Positions 42,340 to 64,000 of a stretch of DNA of 64,000 nucleotides are shown here, piece by piece. The DNA lies in contig CM119267.1 of the NCBI GenBank assembly GCA_051294375.1, forward strand, positions 9,449,709 through 9,513,708. The letters run 5' to 3'. Source of the stretch: Paraspadella gotoi (Eukaryota; Animalia; Chaetognatha). The position numbers were made by a program, and so were the translations under genes. The number at the start of each line of letters is the position of its first letter. The first letter of the stretch is position 1. The notes beneath the pieces were generated by a model that did no database searches, was not told the DNA's origin, and saw only the letters and a program-made list of their open reading frames with translations.

Positions 42340-43186
42340 ATGAAATCAAAGAAACTGTGTGAAAAACAATTACTTCTCAATTTTTTATATTTTTCGCTCA
42401 TTTGCAATTGCGGAGTCTGCCTTGCCGATTCTAGCCCATCCGACAGGATCTTGACGAAACTGGCCGACGAGGGCGCTGCAGCAGTCGTCGAAGCAGTCAT
42501 CACCGAGGGACTCCAAGCCTTTACGTCGAGCGTCATCGAAAAGGGAGTCAAATTCGTCCAAAACAATGAACAGGCAAAAGATTATCTTAAAACTGGACTA
42601 GACATTGTTAAGGCCCTCGATCTCGACCAAGCCGCCGTCGACGACTGTCATTTCTCGTGTCCATCAAAACCCGAAGGGATTCCCGGTACACTTTATAATT
42701 TTTATCAATTAATAAACAAAAGTTTAAAAATAAAATAACAAAAGAATTGACATTTATTAAATATTGAAGGACACATACCATCAAAATACTGTTATTAATG
42801 TGCGACTACGCTATTTACAATTTAGTTTCGCCTCAGGTCGTATGTTTCGAAATATCCACCATCGTCCTTCCTCTAACGGTTGCGGGAGCTACGGTATACA
42901 CTTTGACGACCCCGATCTTCCCGCCGTCACTTCCTGCTGCGACGCCCACGATTTTTGTTATGACGAATGCGGTCACAAAAAGTTGGAGTGCGACGCCCGA
43001 TTCAGTCATTGTTTGAGCGAGGCCTGCGAGAAGGAGCCGGCATCTGTTTCGACCGGACTCGAAAAAGGCGAGAGGCGTCCTCGCGAAGACTGTGCACTAC
43101 TCGTAGAAGGACTCCAGTTGGCCGTTGCGTCGCTCGGTTGTCAGTCCTTCCTTAATGCTCAAAAAGAGGCCTGCGTTTGCGTTTGA
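42340..43186 (+). CDS. PLA2G12A: Group XII secreted phospholipase A2, 2 exons (42340-42685, 42837-43186)
   Basis: Signal peptide, CHFSCP, NGCGSYG Ca loop, CCDAHDFCYDEC with the catalytic His-Asp, CDARFSHCL, LGCQSFLNAQKEACVC. Confidence 0.88.
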
Positions 43187-43371
43187 CATGTTTGTGCGAT
43201 TTATTTTTTAATGGTTTCTTGCTGCTATATTTATTTGTTATTACAATTATATATATTATTATTATGAATGTATGTAATGTTTTTACCCGATGTGATATTG
43301 AGAAAGACAGGCGATTCAAAATCATCACGTTAGTTATTTATTTACCTCAGCAGTAAAAGAGTTTCTTGGTC

Positions 43372-44214
43372 ATGATGTCCACAAAAACAAAGATTAGTCG
43401 GCCGACTGCCACCGCTCGTCCGCCCTCTATCGTAGTTAGGGTTGAGAGCGTAACGTCGGTGTTCGTCGTCCGGCAACGCCTCGATCTGACGGAGGTCGCC
43501 CGCCTTTGCATCAACGCAGAGCTCCGTCACAATTGTGTCGAGATCCGATTGAAAAAGCCTCGAGTAACGGCTCATCTCTTCGTTAAAGGCAGCGTTAACG
43601 TTATGGGCGCCTCGAGCGAAGATGATTCCCGGACGGGCGCCAGGAGGATCGCCCGCATGCTGCAGCGTGTCGGCATTCAATACGTTCGCTTCCGACGTTT
43701 TCGCGTTGTCAATATCAATTCCACCTGCAGGTTGCCTTTCGCCGTCAGTCTCGAAAAGTTTTATCGTCTGTACCGCGAAAAACACCCGAAAGACATCGAA
43801 TTTTTTCCCGAATTGGCCAACTATGTCAAGGTCACGACCGAGGGGGCCAAGCTGCATATTCACTCCACGGGAACCGTTCAGATCTTCTCCGCTTCCACGA
43901 GCGCCATCTCCTCCGAGTTGCGGACGATCTTCCCCTTGCTGCTCGGTGCTAAGGCGTCGACGAGCGCTCCAACGCCGACGAATCCTGTCATCAAGCGAGC
44001 GAAGGAGGACGACAGCGACGACAGCGACGATGAGCCTGACGAGAGTAAACGTGAAGATCGTCGACGTATTTTGAATGAAGCCGTCGCGAGGTTTGCTCAA
44101 CTTGGTCCGGACGCATTTTCTAGCGACGAAGACGACGAAGAAAATGAAGCCGAGGATTCACGCCTCTTGGATAAAAACGCGAATTACGTCGGATACTTGG
44201 ACAGCGACGATTAG
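43372..44214 (+). CDS. Divergent TBP-related factor (TRF2/TBPL1-like) with acidic C-terminal tail, single exon
   Basis: Two TBP-like repeats: RLKKPRVTAHLF..GASSEDDSRTGARRIARMLQRVG and FRVVNINSTCRLPF..FPEL..AKLHIHSTGTVQI; GARR.AR.LQ and C.LPF are TRF2/TBPL1-type motifs. Confidence 0.8.
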   Translation: MMSTKTKISRPTATARPPSIVVRVESVTSVFVVRQRLDLTEVARLCINAELRHNCVEIRLKKPRVTAHLFVKGSVNVMGASSEDDSRTGARRIARMLQRVGIQYVRFRRFRVVNINSTCRLPFAVSLEKFYRLYREKHPKDIEFFPELANYVKVTTEGAKLHIHSTGTVQIFSASTSAISSELRTIFPLLLGAKASTSAPTPTNPVIKRAKEDDSDDSDDEPDESKREDRRRILNEAVARFAQLGPDAFSSDEDDEENEAEDSRLLDKNANYVGYLDSDD

Positions 44215-45910
44215 GCGTCTCGCCGCGTCCACCATCGAGTTTCATGATTTTTATATCTTTCGTGTTTCATTTAGTTTTGATAGCTTAGCATATACATAGG
44301 GTATGCGAATTCTTTACCTGTTATTGATCAATTGATGGCGAAATCAAGTTGGGTAATTGGTAAAATTTATATAATTTGGAACAATTTCCCCTTATAAAGT
44401 AGGTGCTTCATTCGCATAAAAATAAATCGTATCCCGACTTGTTTCGCGAATCTTAACCTTGTCCTTTTGATACGTATTTCATACGAGTTTAAATACAAGT
44501 TTACGATGCTGTTTTGTTTGACTTTGGTTATTGCAGATAACGTGTGTCGCTTTTGTCGTGCGTGGGATGATCTTGCAGTATTCCAGCAGTAGCTTACCAT
44601 GGATAAAGGCAATTCTGAATCATAGCCTGAAGAGATCTCTTTTTGTTGCAGGTGAGCGAATTATCATATTAACTAAATTCTAGATTTTCTTGTCAATAGG
44701 TAATGCTGTAACATTACTGTTAACGCCTGTTAAACTTTGAACATGCATAGGTTATTCGTAAACGTAATTATTTTGTTAAAATAAATCTTAAATATTTATT
44801 TTGTAAGAAACCAATACTATGAATAAATTTAGATAAAAACAAAGGTTTTTATTTTCTTCTTCCTTTCTATTTATCTACATTCTTTAGTTGTCTCCAATGT
44901 TCATTTCTATTGTAAAACTGTTTTTGTTCCGAAAAGTGTAGCTCAAGAATTTTTAATTCTACTTCTATGTTCTCATTTTTATATATAAAAAAAAGAAGAA
45001 AATCACCGAAACAAATTGATAGCGGTGATTGACTTTGCCCTTAATTTTCCCTGATTCTGCGGGCTGTTCCTTTTTCGGAAAAATCGTCAATAAACGTTAT
45101 CATTATTCAGGGTTTTTTTCATTATCCATTGTGAATTTAGGAACGACGCATATTGGTTCGATTAGACTCATCCATCATTCATCATCAAGTGTTGGATCTC
45201 GAGAATATTTTTTCGAAGATTTTGTTTACCCGGCTTTTTCGATGTCGATTTTTGGCGATTTCTTTAAAACTCTCGATCATTACTTTTCTATCATCCTTTC
45301 AAGGAGTAAGAGTTTTATCCTTCGCCAAACCCAATTTTTCTGCAATGTGTTCCCTCTTCCCTTCATTGTCTTTTAAATTTACTTGTCTACTATGAGAAAA
45401 AAATTTCAATTATGTGTAGTATTATGAGGTAGAGTAGGTTTATATTTTTTTGATTTATATTTATTAAAACAATGCTATGGTTTGATAGTAGTTTTAATTT
45501 ACGGTTATCCAAGACTTCTGTACGGGATAAGCCTCTCGATCCGCTCATTCGCTTAAAGATAGTCGTGGCTCAACCCCCATCCGCTATCCGACGTCGATGT
45601 TTTTCAGTTTAAAACTTCTGCTTTAATCTCTGTGAGAAGGATCGACTGTATATCCCTGACCAGTTTACCTTCAACTCGCTATGATTTGAACACAGCCTCA
45701 AAAAAAAATATAAGCCGCGACCAACTTTTTGTGCCACGTGATTTGTCCCTCATTGGATGGCGACTTCATGAACTAAAAAGTTTCTTTCATCCCACACTAT
45801 TTTGGTTTACAGGTCGATAACCCTTCGCCTATTTCGGCGAAGTAACCACAAAGTATTCCACCAAACACTTCCTTCGGACTTTCTCGGCCGATCCGCGCGA
45901 AATTTTCATC

Positions 45911-59443
<13,533 letters not shown>

Positions 59444-60599
59444 CTCCGGTTTTCATTTGTATTAGGAACAATTTGTCTTTGTCCTATTTAGGTTTTAGTC
59501 TGGAAAAAAGCGCACAAGGTGTTTTATTTATTTACTATTTTTTTATACTCCTCTTTGGTGAATAGGGTTTCCAATTTTTTTCCTGCCTCAAAATATTTAA
59601 ACTCATGTAATAAGTTGGTTGCTTTCCCTCAAATTTTATTTCAACTATTCGTTCTTATTTATTGTCCTAGTAGCTTATACGAAATTGCAAAGAGCGCTTA
59701 TCAACGAATGCTTTTACACTTGGGATAACCCCAATAGGCCCATCCTTCCCTCTTTTCTTTTTAAAAATTCTTTCATTTTCCACCTTCAGTAAGTGAGATA
59801 AATTTACAAGAAGCTGCTTTTTTTTTAAATCTTTTTGATTGTCTTCCTTTGATTTTAATAATTTGTTTATGCGGAAAGCATCCAACTATAATGCACAAAT
59901 TATATAAACTACTGGTTTATTCCTTTGTAACTGGATGTAATATTTAAAAATCTATTGCAATAACGTACAAGGTTTGGAGGAATAGACCAGTGTATTTGGG
60001 AATTGGCGTATAATGACCCACTGGTATCAACCAAAGAAGTGAAATTAGTTCCTAATTCTAAGGTGATTACCTATTGTTGACTATATCAAAATTGTACATA
60101 AGTAACGCCATCTAAATTATTTTTAACCGCTATGTCCTTGGATTTATTTACAATCATGTAATTTTTTTTTCAATTAAAACTAATGAGTAATGTTGCGAGA
60201 TTTTAGTATTTTAACATTATAAACAGTAATTTATAGGGCCAATGCATTAGTGTTCCTCGGTATTGTTTTATTTTAGTTATGTTTAATTGTGCAATTTGTT
60301 CTAAGTTCCGTTAAACCGAATATTGAAGAATGATTTTTGTATGGTTTAAATACACAAGCTTTTATATTCTCGTTTAGCTTTAGTCAAAGAGATGAATATT
60401 TGAAATTCTCTACGCTACAACTTCGAGCATCTTTATCTTAGTAACACTAACAGGAGTCACGAGAGATTTGGAAAAACTGGAATTCAGTCAACAATTTTTG
60501 TAACAATATGTAAACACGCAAAGCAATAAGTATATTTTGAAAAAAATTAAAACGCTAAGTTTTTAGGAATGATTGTTCGGTATTCATTAAATGTTTCTG

Positions 60600-63429
60600 T
60601 TACTGTTCGGCTTTTATTTTGTTTTCGTAATCGCGCCCATGACGGTAAAGGCTCTGCACATAAGTGAAGACGCATTTCCAATCAGGCTTATCCTTCATTG
60701 CCAACATGTCGTCCACTTCCAGAAGCGGCATGGCTCCGATTGTTTCATCGGCGACGCGAAATGCTATCTGTTTCCAAGAGGTTTAAAGTGAGAATTTTCA
60801 CTTTTTTCATCCATTATGATTATGATTCTCGTGGAGGTGGTCGTGTTCGCCACTTCCTTTTCAGCCTTCAAAATTGTTTAAAAACCACTTCTTATTATCC
60901 ACGGGGTTCTAAAGCCTTAATTATTCATAGAGAAATTTTGCATTATTTCTTCAAGTAATGCTAATATGTTTAAAACGCCTAAAATTCAAAGAAAAGTTGA
61001 CCCGATTTTTTATTTAACTTGACATAATTTGACGAACCTCTAGGTTTTCGCGCCGATTCTTTGGGTCCAACTTGTGGAAGTCGAAAGCGTCGGAGGAGTA
61101 GTGATGGGCGATGGCGGCGAAAGCCATCCCATCGGCCCAAGACGACGAAAAGTTTCGAATGTCGACGTGGGGATAGCCTCTCGTTTTTTGCTGGCACCAT
61201 GCTAGCAGGGTAGCCTTGATTTGAACAGCTGAGGAGGCCGCAGACGCTGGAGAAAACGACTGAGATCGAGACACGGCCGAGTCTTGATAAAAAACAAGAA
61301 AAATAATCACGTGATTCATCAGCCTATTTCACTTTCCGTATGAGGTTTTTACTAGTGCAAAAGCTGCTCACCGTTAGATTTCTTGTCAACTTCTTCGAAG
61401 CGCCGCTTCGCATCAGCGACGCTCGTAGGCTGAACGCGACTATTTCGTCTAAACTCTGTGCCTATGCGGGATTAAATTGATGTCACCGATTGGTCACAAC
61501 TACTAACTTGGTCGAAACAAAGTTCGGAAACTCCATTTTGGCCAATTTGTAAATTTTCAATCGCTAAACTAAAGTTTTTTTTGGTCAATGAGACGTTCCT
61601 GAAAACATGGAAAAATCTTACCCGATTGTCTCGGTATCGTCCAGCTCCGTGAGGTTCTCCTCAGTGCGGGCGCATTAGGGTAACCTCTTCTTTCCTCTGT
61701 TAGCCCTTTTTCACCGTTTGACATGCTTTGAATCGTCGCTCTCAACCCTTTGTTTCCGGATTGCGGCGACAACAACAAAGTGGTGTTCGTCACTTGAGTT
61801 TTGGCGGGCTCCGAAATCCCACCTAGGGCTGGGGCGACGGAGTTTAGATTGGTCGGAGCCGCTTTGTCGTCGTCGACTCGCTCGTTTTCGTTTTGATTGC
61901 GTATTATCGTCTCTTTGGCTGGGAGCGACGTCGGGCTCCGACTCAAAGCCAAGAGAGATGAGGGGTGAAGGGACGGCGACGCCGATTTCCATGCGGCGCC
62001 TGAGTAACAGCAGTTCAAAACGTACAATATATGAAATGGGTACAACCAATATAAAATTATCCCTTCAAGTAATAAATAAGCTATCTTGCCCCTGACTTTG
62101 GTGGTTTTAGGCCTCCATCACTCTTACAAGACAATCACATTGTGTGTCTTGATTTAAAGCGCGCGGTATTGAAACAATGAGAATCTCACTCGCCTGTCAA
62201 ACTCATGCGTCTAATATCCTGCATGCATTCCATCTGCCGCTCTCTGTCCTTTTTCGCCAACTCGATCTTCACTCTCATTTCCTCTTCTCGGCTTTCTTCA
62301 GCGATTGACTTTTGCTTGGTTAGTGACGCCTCAAAATTAAAAAAAAAGAAATTGGGTAATTGCCATTTCTGGCCTGTCCAAATGGCACTGATTAAAAAGC
62401 ATCTGCAGCCAATTTTCGATGAGGCGATACCATTGCCAACTGAGCTTGTAAAGGGAACTATCACCGAAAATATATTGTTCGACGAACTTAACATGAAAAA
62501 CTAAAATAGGGATACGAAAAATCAAAAAAGTAAAAGAAAAAAATAAAAAAATTGCAGCTTTCGCAATCAACAGAAATTCTTGAATTAAATGAACTTCGCT
62601 TTTAAAGAAGTATTTTAATCTCCGAAATACCTGGCTGATGGCTTGAATTTCTTGCTGTCTGAATTTCGTAGCACTGTCTCTTCTCTTCTTTAAAAATTCT
62701 TGGGATGTCGAGGCTGGATCCGGCCTTGTTTTCGAAAGCTCCTAAATCCCAAGGACAGAAAATCGAAGAAAAAAAAATTTAAAAAAGAAATTTCCCCTTT
62801 TGTTATCGTCGATGGGGACAACTGACAACTACGGACAAAAAAAAGTCGCGTTTTTTTTTCAAACGGCAGTCTGCGCACCTGAATACGTTGCAGGCGTTCC
62901 TTCCTTTCCGACTCCCTCTCCCTCCTTCTCTTTGCACTCTCCTCTTCCCTCCTTCTTTCCCTCTCCTGTCTCTCCGCCTCTCTTTTCTCCCTGCCCGCGT
63001 CTTGAGATCGACGATCCGCTGACGAACGGCTTTCCGTTTTTCGTACGTTTCGGGTCTGACGGGAATCGAGGAATGTCAGTTAAGGAATTGACTAGTTATG
63101 TAAAGAGTTTTATTATTATTATTTTATATTTAATTTTCGGCCGCGATTTCAAATACGGTAGGTATTTTCTTTTTTTACCTCAAATTATGTAATGCAGAGA
63201 AAAAATAATTCCAAGCACAAAAATTTTATTTATTATTTTGAAAGTTTTTATGATTATTTCCGTAGCTTTTAACTATATTTATATAATTTAAAAAATCGCG
63301 TAGACCTATGATCGGTGAGTTGCGAGAGCATTGACTGCAGCGCTTCGTCGTCCTCGCAGGTGGCGACATCTGGGAATAACGCAGCGTCGCCTGCGGCGGC
63401 GGCACTGGTTTTCGCGGCGACGTTCCCAG
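60600..63429 (-). CDS. Smoothelin-like protein, 3' part (5' end not located, probably beyond the window)
   Basis: Smoothelin-type helix (CEDDEALQSMLSQ..YEKRKAVRQRI) and C-terminal CH domain LLAWCQQKTRGYPHVDIRNFSSSWADGMAF..LLEVDDML..KPDWKCVFTYVQSLYR; stop at 60600-60602; one apparent frameshift near 62993. Confidence 0.8.
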
Positions 63430-64000
63430 CTATCATATTGAATATGATCTTTTTAATTCTTTCCAGTCGAAAATTCGCAGTCCTTGCGAATGGAGGAGGT
63501 TTCTTTATCACTCACGATCTTTATTAGTTTTTTTCGAGAAAAAAAAAAGTAAGCGAGAGATGGATGTTGAATGGATGAAAAACGAGAGAGAGAAAACTTT
63601 GGAATCCCGGGAGAAGGGCCGTCGCCGAGCCGGCCCCCAGTCCCCGAGATTTTTTAAAGGGTAAATTTTTGCACAGATTCTCCCCCCCTCCTAGAACCGT
63701 AGTCAGTCTTTGCACTTCGTATGAAGGATGCTTCGAATTTCGTGAATTTATATTAATGTAATTAAACGCTAGAACCACTGCCGACCTTTTTAGGGAAAAC
63801 CTCGGTTTGTTCACGTTATCTCTGGTCTGTAAAGGGTAGAGGGCTTCGTCATCAGTTTGTCTTTCTTTCATAAGAGGTAAAAATAAAAATCTCGAGATAA
63901 AACGTTTTTAGGCCCGAAGGGGAAGGAAAGGAACAAAAACTAATCCAGAACTAAACTTTAACGACGTACAACTGCCGAGTATGAACGAGAAGACCAAATC

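Noticed and set aside
43342-44100. 252-aa antisense ORF over the TRF2-like gene
   Set aside because: It is a shadow ORF of a GC-rich coding strand with no recognisable motifs.

Overview
This is eukaryotic genomic DNA from an invertebrate metazoan with short AT-rich introns and GC-richer exons; the species cannot be determined from sequence alone. Fifteen recognisable genes plus one orphan ORF lie head-to-tail on the + strand: DAD1 (partial), TFIIB, DEGS1, GBF1, calumenin, MPV17, RAB24, CACHD1, EXOSC2/RRP4, SKI3/TTC37, BOULE, orphan ORF, PIWI (PIWIL2/Ago3-like), group XII PLA2, a divergent TRF2/TBPL1-like factor and coronin. A convergent smoothelin-like gene follows on the - strand. Several stop-to-start gaps are only 66-252 nt, and a 3' splice-acceptor-like site lies just upstream of many start codons. 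This is the expected signature of polycistronic transcription resolved by spliced-leader trans-splicing (inferred, not proven). The core of the array couples RNA-decay genes (exosome RRP4 66 nt from SKI3) to germline RNA regulators (BOULE, orphan, PIWI, TRF2-like). Other features are three GC-AG introns, duplicated alternative coiled-coil terminal exons in coronin with a structured acceptor, a 31-bp satellite with higher-order structure split by an insertion, and several MITE, HINE and solo-LTR-like repeats. Exon boundaries were read by eye and family calls come from remembered motifs, not database searches.
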